Shown piece after piece: positions 22,881-30,651 of a stretch of 32,000 bases of DNA. Positions within the stretch are counted from its first letter, which is position 1, and each line of letters opens with the position of its first letter. The translations under genes and the position numbers were made by a program. The notes below the pieces were generated by a model. The model was not told where the DNA came from, did not search any database, and saw only the letters and a program-made list of their open reading frames with translations. This stretch comes from an uncultured archaeon (lineage in GTDB: Archaea > Iainarchaeota > Iainarchaeia > Iainarchaeales > JAAZKV01), in NCBI GenBank assembly GCA_964551375.1, contig CAZKBG010000001.1, positions 300,001 to 332,000 of the forward strand, in the 5' to 3' direction.

Positions 22881-24662
22881 TTACTGCTTCTTCTCTTCCT
22901 CTTTAGGCAAAACAACTTCAATAAATAATTCCTTTAATTGCTTTGAAGTAGCTTCGCTTGGAGAATCATCCATTAATGAAGCAGCGGCTTTATTTTTCGG
23001 GAAAGCAATTACATCTCTAATTGAATCTCCGCCAGCCAAGAGCATTACCATTCTATCAAGCCCAAATGCAAGTCCGCCGTGAGGAGGAGCGCCGTATCTA
23101 AATGCTTCAAGGAAGAATCCGAATTTCTTCTTAGCTTCCGCATCAGTGAGCCCAATCATTCGAAAAACTCTTGCCTGAACTTCAGGGTCATAAATTCTAA
23201 CACTTCCCCCGCCAAGCTCAATTCCGTTAAATACTAAATCATACGCAAGCGCTTTTACTCTCAGAGGCTCTTTTTCCATAAACTCCAAATGCTCTCTTCT
23301 TGGAGAAGTGAAAGGATGATGAACAAAAGTCACTTTGTTATCAGTTTCATCCCACTCAAACATAGGAAAGTCTTTAACCCAAGTAAGACTCATTGCGCCC
23401 GGCTTGATTAATCCAAGCTTCTTAGCCAAATTCTTTCTTAAATTTCCAAGAGAATCATTCACAATCTTTGCTTTATCAGCAACTATTACTACTAAATCAT
23501 TCTCTTTCACATTTAACTTCGCCTTGAGCTGATTGAGTAAATCAGCGCTGAAGAACTTAGCAATGCTTCCTTCAAAAGTTCCGTTTTGATACTTAAGATA
23601 AGCAAGCCCTTTCGCTCTGTAAATTTTCACAAAGTTTTCCATCTCGCCAAGATCCTTTCTTGACATTTGTGCCTGTCCTTCAATATTAATTGCCTTAATT
23701 ATCCCCTTATTTTCAACAACTGATTTAAACGCGTTGAATTCTCCCTTTGACATTATTTCAGTCACATCATTTAATTCAAGCCCGAATCTCAAATCAGGAG
23801 TATCAACACCAAATCTTGCAATTGCTTCATCATACTGCATTCTTGGAATAGGAAGCTTTACTTCAATTCCCGCCATTTGTTTAAACACTCTTGCAATCAA
23901 GCGCTCATTCATTGTCATTACATCTTCTTCATCAACAAAACTCATCTCTACATCGATTTGAGTAAATTCAGGCTGCCTGTCCGCTCTCAAATCCTCATCT
24001 CTAAAGCACTTTGCAATCTGGAAATATCTATCCATTCCGCCAATCATCAAAAGCTGCTTAAATAACTGAGGACTCTGAGGAAGAGCGTAAAAGTTTCCGG
24101 GATTGACTCTGCTTGGAACTAAATAATCTCTAGCCCCTTCAGGAGTGCTCTTTGCAAGAATTGGAGTTTCAATTTCAAGGAAATTGTTCTCATCAAAAAA
24201 ATCTCTAACACACTTAACTAACTTATGCCTAAAAATAATGCTTTTTTGAAGATTTGGATTTCGAAGAGCAAGGTATCGGTACTTTAACATTAAATCTTCA
24301 TTTGAAATTGTCCGCTCTGTCAAATCAATCGGAAGAGGCGCCGCTTTTGTCAAAACTTTAACACTATTCACATCAACTTCAATTTCGCCAGTAACTAAAT
24401 CAGCTTTTGCAGTTCCAGCAGGCCTTTTTTTCACAGTCCCTTCAATCTGAAGAACAAATTCTTTTCTAATGCTCTTTGCTGTCTCGCTAATTTCAGCGCT
24501 TTTTTTGTGATCAAGAACAACTTGAGTAAGCCCGTAGCGGTCTCTAAGGTCAATAAAAGTAACATTGCCGTGATCTCTCACAGTATCTGCCCAGCCCTGA
24601 AGAGTAACAGTTTTACCTTCCAATTTGCCGTTAAGTTCGCCACAAGTGTGTGTTCGCATCAT
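22881..24662 (-). CDS. aspS: aspartate--tRNA ligase, bacterial type (with GAD insertion domain)
   Basis: Motifs QSPQLFKQLLM, FRDEDLRADRQPEFTQID, GGGSVRIYD and PPHGGLAFGLDR. It is about 593 aa from the ATG at 24662 (MMRTHTCGEL). The 26-codon N-terminal extension in the ORF track is probably not translated. Confidence 0.95.
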   Translation of the reverse strand: MMRTHTCGELNGKLEGKTVTLQGWADTVRDHGNVTFIDLRDRYGLTQVVLDHKKSAEISETAKSIRKEFVLQIEGTVKKRPAGTAKADLVTGEIEVDVNSVKVLTKAAPLPIDLTERTISNEDLMLKYRYLALRNPNLQKSIIFRHKLVKCVRDFFDENNFLEIETPILAKSTPEGARDYLVPSRVNPGNFYALPQSPQLFKQLLMIGGMDRYFQIAKCFRDEDLRADRQPEFTQIDVEMSFVDEEDVMTMNERLIARVFKQMAGIEVKLPIPRMQYDEAIARFGVDTPDLRFGLELNDVTEIMSKGEFNAFKSVVENKGIIKAINIEGQAQMSRKDLGEMENFVKIYRAKGLAYLKYQNGTFEGSIAKFFSADLLNQLKAKLNVKENDLVVIVADKAKIVNDSLGNLRKNLAKKLGLIKPGAMSLTWVKDFPMFEWDETDNKVTFVHHPFTSPRREHLEFMEKEPLRVKALAYDLVFNGIELGGGSVRIYDPEVQARVFRMIGLTDAEAKKKFGFFLEAFRYGAPPHGGLAFGLDRMVMLLAGGDSIRDVIAFPKNKAAASLMDDSPSEATSKQLKELFIEVVLPKEEEKKQ

Positions 24663-24766
24663 CAAAAACCCCTCACTATCAATAAGAACACGAAAAAAAG
24701 AGTTTAAAAACCAAGTCAGTAGGGCGAAACAGGAAATCATTTATACCTTCAATGCGCTAATATTTT

Positions 24767-25411
24767 ATGCAAAAAAATGACGCCGCAGGAAAAAGCGCAA
24801 AATTAATTGGAATAGTTGCAAAAGTTGAGCCGCTCAAAAGAGAAGCCGGACTTGAAGTTAATTTTTATGTTGCAGAAGGAAGCTATGCAAACCCCCTGTT
24901 TTTTACAAGCCCAGCAGTGAGAAAAGCAATTGCTCAAGGAGAACTCTTATCAAAATCCCTCCCAATAGGACACATAAGATACAAGCTTTTAGAGCGCCTG
25001 CCAAATCACAACGCAGTTTATTCCGAAAATTTTAATCCCACAGGGGCAAAATATTCCTATGAAAACGGGGTTTTTAGAAAAGCAGGAGTTGGAATTAATC
25101 TCCACAAAATTGCGATGAGAGAACTTCTAAAATTGGAAGGAGGAAGAGAAACCTTACTTGCCCCTTCCGCAAACCACGCATCAAATGAATTTTTAGCATA
25201 CTTAAAGAAAATAAAAATATTAACCGCAAATCACAGCGGAACAATATACCGTTACAGCGCAAAAGAGGCGGTGAAAAGAATTAATACCCACATTAAAGCA
25301 TGGCGAAAAACCAACCGCCCAAAAACAGCGGTTCCACAAAGGCAGAGAATATTTAGAGTAAAGAGAACAAAACCAACTTCCGCGAGAAAAGCGCTCCTTA
25401 GAAAAAGATAG
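24767..25411 (+). CDS. hypothetical protein with strongly basic C-terminal tail
   Basis: 214-aa ATG ORF with a TTTATA box about 25 nt upstream. No recognised family. Confidence 0.6.
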   Translation: MQKNDAAGKSAKLIGIVAKVEPLKREAGLEVNFYVAEGSYANPLFFTSPAVRKAIAQGELLSKSLPIGHIRYKLLERLPNHNAVYSENFNPTGAKYSYENGVFRKAGVGINLHKIAMRELLKLEGGRETLLAPSANHASNEFLAYLKKIKILTANHSGTIYRYSAKEAVKRINTHIKAWRKTNRPKTAVPQRQRIFRVKRTKPTSARKALLRKR

Positions 25412-25475
25412 CCAAAACAGCCAAGAATAGCCATTTAAACCAATAACACCAAAATAATAGTAAGGGGGACTAAAA

Positions 25476-25826
25476 ATGGGTTCAGAAAAAAGTGTTAGCG
25501 TTGGGCTGATTCAAGAGTTTAAAGAGTTTTTAAAAGAATACAAAATTTTAGCTCTTGCAATAGCATTCATTATGGGTATTGCAGCAACTGCGCTAATCAA
25601 ATCACTTGTTGATAATGTAATAATGCCTCCAATCGGGCTAGTACTAGGCGGAATAAATTTCAAGGATTTCGCATTAATACTAAAACCAGCTACAGACACA
25701 ACAGCAGCAGTAGCAGTACAATATGGAGCATTCATCGGAGAACTAATCAACTTCGTGATAATCGCATTCGTTGTATTCCTGATGGCAAAATTCATCATGG
25801 GCGAATCAAAAGTAACTAAGAAGTAA
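25476..25826 (+). CDS. mscL: large-conductance mechanosensitive channel
   Basis: 116 aa. It has FKEFLKEYKILALAIAFIMGIA...LVDNVIMPPIG and two TM helices. An AAGGGGGA ribosome-binding site lies upstream. Confidence 0.9.
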   Translation: MGSEKSVSVGLIQEFKEFLKEYKILALAIAFIMGIAATALIKSLVDNVIMPPIGLVLGGINFKDFALILKPATDTTAAVAVQYGAFIGELINFVIIAFVVFLMAKFIMGESKVTKK

Positions 25827-25846
25827 AAAAGTATTTAACACGGCGG

Positions 25847-25882
25847 AATTGCAGCATTTGCAATTTTGCCCATGCTTTTTTT
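25847..25882 (+). terminator. hairpin plus T7 tract downstream of mscL
   Basis: AATTGCA-gcatt-TGCAATT (25847-25865) is followed by TTTTTTT at 25876-25882. Confidence 0.4.
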
Positions 25883-25946
25883 AAATCCAATTAAATTTTG
25901 CATAAAATATTTACTAATCACAACTAAGGTTTGAAAGGTGAAAAAT

Positions 25947-26447
25947 ATGGTCTCAAAAAAAGCTGAACAAATAAAAGTGGATAAATTTACTAACAAAAAA
26001 GCTCCAATCGTGGAGCTATTAAACAGCGAAGAGAAATTGATTAAACTTAGCGACTACTTGGGCAAAAAAGTTCTTTTGTACTTTTATCCAAGGGACATGA
26101 CGCCTGGATGCACAATTGAAGCCCAGATGTTCAACAAAAGCCTCCCAAAATTTGACGAATTAAACACGATAGTTCTTGGAGTAAGCACTGACTCATGCAA
26201 TTCGCACCAAAAATTCAGCGAAAAACACAAACTCAATTTTGAGCTCCTTTCTGATGAAAAAAGAGAAGTTGTGAACAAATACGGCGTTTGGGTGAAGAAG
26301 AAATTCATGGGAAAAGAATACATGGGGACAAATAGAGAGACTTTTTTGATTAATGAAAAAGGAATTGTGGTTAAACATTACACAAAAGTAAATCCGCTCA
26401 CACACGCTGATGAGGTAATTAGAGATATAAAAGAATTAAACGCTTAA
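25947..26447 (+). CDS. bcp: thiol peroxidase / peroxiredoxin Bcp
   Basis: Motif FYPRDMTPGCTIEA (peroxidatic Cys). I prefer the ATG at 25947, which has GGTGA 5 nt upstream, over the GTG at 25938. Confidence 0.9.
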   Translation: MVSKKAEQIKVDKFTNKKAPIVELLNSEEKLIKLSDYLGKKVLLYFYPRDMTPGCTIEAQMFNKSLPKFDELNTIVLGVSTDSCNSHQKFSEKHKLNFELLSDEKREVVNKYGVWVKKKFMGKEYMGTNRETFLINEKGIVVKHYTKVNPLTHADEVIRDIKELNA

Positions 26448-26554
26448 AAACTACAAATCAAAAACTAAACAAATCAAACTAAATAAATAAAAACTAAAAA
26501 AAAATCAAAAAACTAAAACTTAACAAATATAAATTAAAATTAAAAAAAAGCTAA

Positions 26555-26578
26555 TTTTGGGCAAATTAATGCCCAAAA
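26555..26578 (-). terminator. 9-bp-stem hairpin followed on the minus strand by a long U-rich tract
   Basis: TTTTGGGCA-aattaa-TGCCCAAAA lies 30 nt after the stop of the minus-strand gene. Downstream on the minus strand are about 100 nt that are T-rich and C-free. Confidence 0.45.
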
Positions 26579-26607
26579 CAAGTTTCTCCTTCAGTTTTAT
26601 CCAAAAG

Positions 26608-26943
26608 TTACATTTTTGGGAACCATGAAGGTCTGTCATCAACTGCGAATGAGAAGTATGCATACACTTCAGTCATCCAAGCAACTATTGATGCCAACAG
26701 ATTTGGAGCCACTCTCTGCGCCAATATTAGGCATGTTATTAGATTTATTACCCAAAGCACACAGAAAATAATGCCCACGATTATCCCGATTATATAAAAT
26801 ATAATCGCCATTGGAATTCGGATTATTACCTCCAGTCTGCTTGCTTCCTTTTTTGTATCAATTTTTACTGAAACTGCCAAAAAATCACCTGTTAAGACAA
26901 GAAGAATTGAAGTATATATTAGTATCTTTAAGAGAAACAACAA
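26608..26943 (-). CDS. DUF4389-like small integral membrane protein
   Basis: The pattern SRLEVIIRIPMAIIFYIIG...W......L.......P..L......W...V.AY.....D.RP matches my recollection of DUF4389. The start is uncertain; the ORF-track start is TTG. Confidence 0.55.
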   Translation of the reverse strand: MLFLLKILIYTSILLVLTGDFLAVSVKIDTKKEASRLEVIIRIPMAIIFYIIGIIVGIIFCVLWVINLITCLILAQRVAPNLLASIVAWMTEVYAYFSFAVDDRPSWFPKM

Positions 26944-26964
26944 ACAAAAAATTAGAAAAATAAA

Positions 26965-27037
26965 CGCCTTTGGGAGGACTTGAACCTCCGACCTACCGAT
27001 TAACAGTCGGGCGCTCTACCTACTGAGCTACAAAGGC
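26965..27037 (-). tRNA. tRNA-Asn (anticodon GUU)
   Basis: Manual cloverleaf: acceptor GCCTTTG/CAAAGGC, D-arm GCTC-AGTAGGTA-GAGC, anticodon loop CTGTTAA, T-arm GGAGG-TTCAAGT-CCTCC, discriminator G. No encoded CCA. Confidence 0.9.
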
Positions 27038-27187
27038 AAAACCATTTTTTGCGACTAGTTTTTGATTTATGGTTCGCTTAACCTGCTATCAATCCTGATG
27101 AACTGTGCTTTGCAATAGCCACCAAGCTTGTTAATAAAAGTCAGCCAAGAATTGTTTATAAATTTACCCTAAATAGGCTAAAAGTGG

Positions 27188-28135
27188 CTATTCGCCGTAT
27201 GCGGTTAATAGCGCATTAAGCTGCTGGGCTTCAAATAAAGCGTCAAAAAATCTGTTAGAGTCAAGCGCAGAAATTATTTGATTTTCCTTGAATTCAGAAT
27301 ACTGATTCAAATACTCCCCCATGAAAGGAACTGAGCGGTTAACAAAATCCGCTGATAAGCCGTCAGCGCCATTCTTTTGCTTTGCAACTTTATTCATATT
27401 CACTACTGAAGATTTTGATTTTAACACAACACTGTCAATAAATTCTTTTGCGCCAGCGTCCTGCGCCATTGTTGAAAGCAATAACTCTGAAGACACATTA
27501 GTAGTGAAATTATTATCAGATAAGTATTTTGACTGGGCAATTGTGCCGATTGAAATAAGTATCATTCCTGCGCCATAAGCTTTTACAAGAGCGTATCTCT
27601 TTTCCGAATCCCCTGTACTGCTTAAAGCAGGAAGCTTGGATTCAAAAAAAGCCAAATCTTTAAGCCCTATTTGAGCCGAGCTGTTAAGTGAAAACCCGAC
27701 AGCATTATTAATATCGCTTGTTTCTTGAGAAAGAAAGAAGTTTTTTGCCTTGGTAAATTCCTCAAGAGCTTGCGCATTTGAATAAGTTTCAAAATAACTT
27801 GCTCCTCCGAGCATCATAAACAAAACAACCAAGCCGATTATGATTACAATCAACGGAATTACAATTTTTACAATAGAGCGCTTTGGTTTTTGAGAAGGAA
27901 TTTGAGCGGAAATTCCAGAAGTTGATGAATTTTGATTATTTTGTCCAACATTTTGGGAAGTGTTTTGAGTTTGATCATTCTGATTTTGGTTTTGATTCAA
28001 AACAGGAGCAATATATTCTGCTTGAGTGCTTGGCTGGGCAGGAATAGGATTCTGTCCAGTGGATTTTAGATAATCTTCCTTCCAATTATTTGATTCCCCA
28101 TTAGAATCTGAAGAATTATTTGCATTATCAGCCAT
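27188..28135 (-). CDS. hypothetical single-pass membrane protein with Asn/Gln-rich N-terminal region
   Basis: 315 aa. A low-complexity N/Q/S region (NQNQNQNDQTQNTSQNVGQNNQNSS) is followed by a TM helix (IVIPLIVIIIGLVVLFMML) and a helical extracytoplasmic domain. Confidence 0.65.
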   Translation of the reverse strand: MADNANNSSDSNGESNNWKEDYLKSTGQNPIPAQPSTQAEYIAPVLNQNQNQNDQTQNTSQNVGQNNQNSSTSGISAQIPSQKPKRSIVKIVIPLIVIIIGLVVLFMMLGGASYFETYSNAQALEEFTKAKNFFLSQETSDINNAVGFSLNSSAQIGLKDLAFFESKLPALSSTGDSEKRYALVKAYGAGMILISIGTIAQSKYLSDNNFTTNVSSELLLSTMAQDAGAKEFIDSVVLKSKSSVVNMNKVAKQKNGADGLSADFVNRSVPFMGEYLNQYSEFKENQIISALDSNRFFDALFEAQQLNALLTAYGE

Positions 28136-28176
28136 TAAATCACAATAATTAAATCAAAATCTTAAGATATGATAAT

Positions 28177-29358
28177 TTAAGACTTTAATAAATCTTTTGG
28201 AGGGTTTGAAAGCAAGTAAATCCTTGCCTGCTTCTTGAACTGTTCAAGATACTGGGGAGGAAACTGAGCGCCTGCGGCAGGAATATGCCCCCCGCCCCTG
28301 CTGTCAGGAATACCAAGCGTAGCAAACTTTGCAAGCTCTCCGCAATTAACCCTAAAATCCTGCCTTCGAATAGAACATTTAATCGAATCGCCGGGTTTTT
28401 CATAAATAACAATAACCTTATCAGGATGCTCCATTGAAATAACAGTGCTTAACTTTGAAGAAAACCTATTATCGCACTTAAAGAAACAAATTTTCGTATC
28501 CTCAAAGCACTCAGCTTCAGTTTTGAAAACATCTTTTAAAATTTTAATTCTCGCGTCAAACAATTTTTTCAGAGCAATATAATCAGACTTGAATAATGCA
28601 GCAGGGCTCTTTGCTTCAATTAAAAACTCTGCCAGAGAATTTATCTTTTCAGTATACTGCGAAGTGATGCAAGTCACAATCTCTTCAAGCTCAACAATTT
28701 TCTTTTGAGTCAGCTTGTACTTTGACTTAACCCCGTTAATCAAATCAGGCCACTGATTGTCCGCGCAATCCCCAATCACTCCGATTGAGCAAATCCAGTC
28801 CCTTCCGCCGAATAAATCATAAACCATTCTTGAAACAGGATACTTTGACGGAGCAACTTCTGAAAAACTTCCGGGTTTTACAATAATGCTTTTGAACGCG
28901 TTTCCAGTCACCACTTCTCTTTGGTGATGGTCAATTGAAATAAACGGACCAACTGAATTTCCAAGGTCAAGAACAATCTGGGAAACAAAATTATCGCTCA
29001 AATCAAGAAAAATTGTTTTTTCAGGGTTAAATTCAATAAAAGTCTGCTTAGGATAAGAAAGCTGCCTCAAATAATGGTCATAAAAGAAAATTTTTGAATC
29101 AACTTTCTGCGAATCAAGGTAAAGTTTAACCTGAACCGCCGAAGTAATGCCGTCAGCGTCATTATCTGAAATAATTGCTATCTTTTTCTTAGGAGCAAGG
29201 TCCAAAAAATCCTTTATTTTCTTCGCAGTGCTTACTAATAAGTCATTTCCGCTTGATTTCCAAAGCTCTCCGCTGGCTTTTTCTTTTTTAACAAACGCGC
29301 CCTGCACTTTAATGCCAGCTGCTTTCTTAGAAGTTTTTTTAGAGGATTTTTTAGCCAT
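28177..29358 (-). CDS. DHH/DHHA1 family phosphoesterase (archaeal RecJ/NrnA-like)
   Basis: Motifs ISDNDADGITSA, SIDHHQ and a C-terminal GGGHIPAAG. I prefer the ATG at 29358 (MAKKSSKK) over the TTG at 29367. Confidence 0.8.
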   Translation of the reverse strand: MAKKSSKKTSKKAAGIKVQGAFVKKEKASGELWKSSGNDLLVSTAKKIKDFLDLAPKKKIAIISDNDADGITSAVQVKLYLDSQKVDSKIFFYDHYLRQLSYPKQTFIEFNPEKTIFLDLSDNFVSQIVLDLGNSVGPFISIDHHQREVVTGNAFKSIIVKPGSFSEVAPSKYPVSRMVYDLFGGRDWICSIGVIGDCADNQWPDLINGVKSKYKLTQKKIVELEEIVTCITSQYTEKINSLAEFLIEAKSPAALFKSDYIALKKLFDARIKILKDVFKTEAECFEDTKICFFKCDNRFSSKLSTVISMEHPDKVIVIYEKPGDSIKCSIRRQDFRVNCGELAKFATLGIPDSRGGGHIPAAGAQFPPQYLEQFKKQARIYLLSNPPKDLLKS

Positions 29359-29479
29359 AAAAATCAATAAAGTAATGGCTAATGCGGTTTATTAATCAAA
29401 CGTTAGGGGGGCTTAAAAGCACTATGGCAGAGGCATAGGAATTTAAATCGGACAACTAAAAGTGTTAATGGTGATATAG

Positions 29480-29644
29480 ATGGTGTACGAACATACAAAT
29501 TCAAAAGGAAATAAATATTATTTACACTCAAGAGGGAAATTATTTTTCTTTTCAAAGGACCCAAAGGACGGAATTGACATGCCAAGCGGATACAAGGTTG
29601 TTGAAAACCAGACTACTGGGCTTCCAATGATTAAGAAGGAATAA
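29480..29644 (+). CDS. small 54-aa protein absent from the ORF track
   Basis: MVYEHTNSKGNKYYLHSRGKLFFFSKDPKDGIDMPSGYKVVENQTTGLPMIKKE. GGTGAT lies 4 nt upstream of the ATG and an in-frame TAG lies immediately upstream. The sequence resembles a recurrent small-protein pattern (YYLH...F(F/Y)FSK...P.GY.V.EN..TGLP) as I recall it. Confidence 0.5.
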   Translation: MVYEHTNSKGNKYYLHSRGKLFFFSKDPKDGIDMPSGYKVVENQTTGLPMIKKE

Positions 29645-29677
29645 AAACCAAGAGAATCCTAATTGTTAGTGATAATA

Positions 29678-30565
29678 ATGATTAAGGGCCCTTCACAAAT
29701 AACAGCTGAGAAAAGGGCTCTTCTTTTTGACCCGCGCGCCACCGTCACGGGACGGCTCAAGCGGCTCGCAAAAATACCAAAACTTGACTTAATCAAAGAA
29801 AGGCAGGCAAGAGAGGGCGGAATTAATATTAAGATTTTAAAGCAGGCAACCGCCAAAATGAAAAGAGTTGAAAGAGGGCTTATATCAAAAGGCGCTCCAA
29901 AAGAAGAAATCAGAATAAAACAAGCGCTAATGCTTGAAAGAGTGGCAGCAGACTTTGCCGATAACATGATTGAATCATGCAGAAGAACGAACACCACAAA
30001 TGAAGTCGCAGGCGGAGAGAAGATTATTACAAAAGAACTGACTTCAGAACAGATTGAAACACAACTTTGGGAAAAAGTCTATGGAAAATTCGTGTCAAGA
30101 GTATGCACAAAAAACGGTGCAATGGGAAAAGAAGTTCTACAAACAATAATAAAACTTAAAATATTTTTAACAGTTCCAATGCAGGTGCATAAAGAAAGGG
30201 CAAGGCACTGGAAATCAATAAGCAAAATAACAAAAAAACTAATTGAATCAGGAACCGACCCCTCAGCAAACCTTGAACATGAAGTAAAAAGAATACTTGC
30301 CCGATTTAGAAGACCAAATCACCCTGATGAAAAATCAGGACTTCACTTTGCAGCGCTTGACACAATAGTAGCTGCATCAATTTATGCTGATTTATTATCC
30401 GAGCAGTCAAAAAAACAGCTAAAATCAAAAGAGGAAAAAGAGCACTTTTGGGACTATGCTTACAGCGAAGCAATGCAAAAAATATATCCTTTTATAAGAA
30501 GCGACCCATCGCTTGTAAAATCAATACTGGAATTTGGCAAATACGGGCACGAATCCCAAAAATAA
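29678..30565 (+). CDS. hypothetical helical protein
   Basis: 295 aa from the ATG at 29678; the ORF-track start at 29663 is TTG. No recognised family. Confidence 0.6.
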   Translation: MIKGPSQITAEKRALLFDPRATVTGRLKRLAKIPKLDLIKERQAREGGINIKILKQATAKMKRVERGLISKGAPKEEIRIKQALMLERVAADFADNMIESCRRTNTTNEVAGGEKIITKELTSEQIETQLWEKVYGKFVSRVCTKNGAMGKEVLQTIIKLKIFLTVPMQVHKERARHWKSISKITKKLIESGTDPSANLEHEVKRILARFRRPNHPDEKSGLHFAALDTIVAASIYADLLSEQSKKQLKSKEEKEHFWDYAYSEAMQKIYPFIRSDPSLVKSILEFGKYGHESQK

Positions 30566-30651
30566 CATCCTTCCTTAAAAACGCCCCAAACCTAATTCAG
30601 ACGCTTTTTAAAGACTTTTTGCTTAAAAATAACTAGAAAACGGTGGTTTTG

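Noticed and set aside
24663-24740. 26-codon N-terminal extension of aspS (MISCFALLTWFLNSFF...).
   Set aside because: It is hydrophobic, unlike any AspRS N-terminus. The canonical MMRTHTCGEL start lies at 24662.
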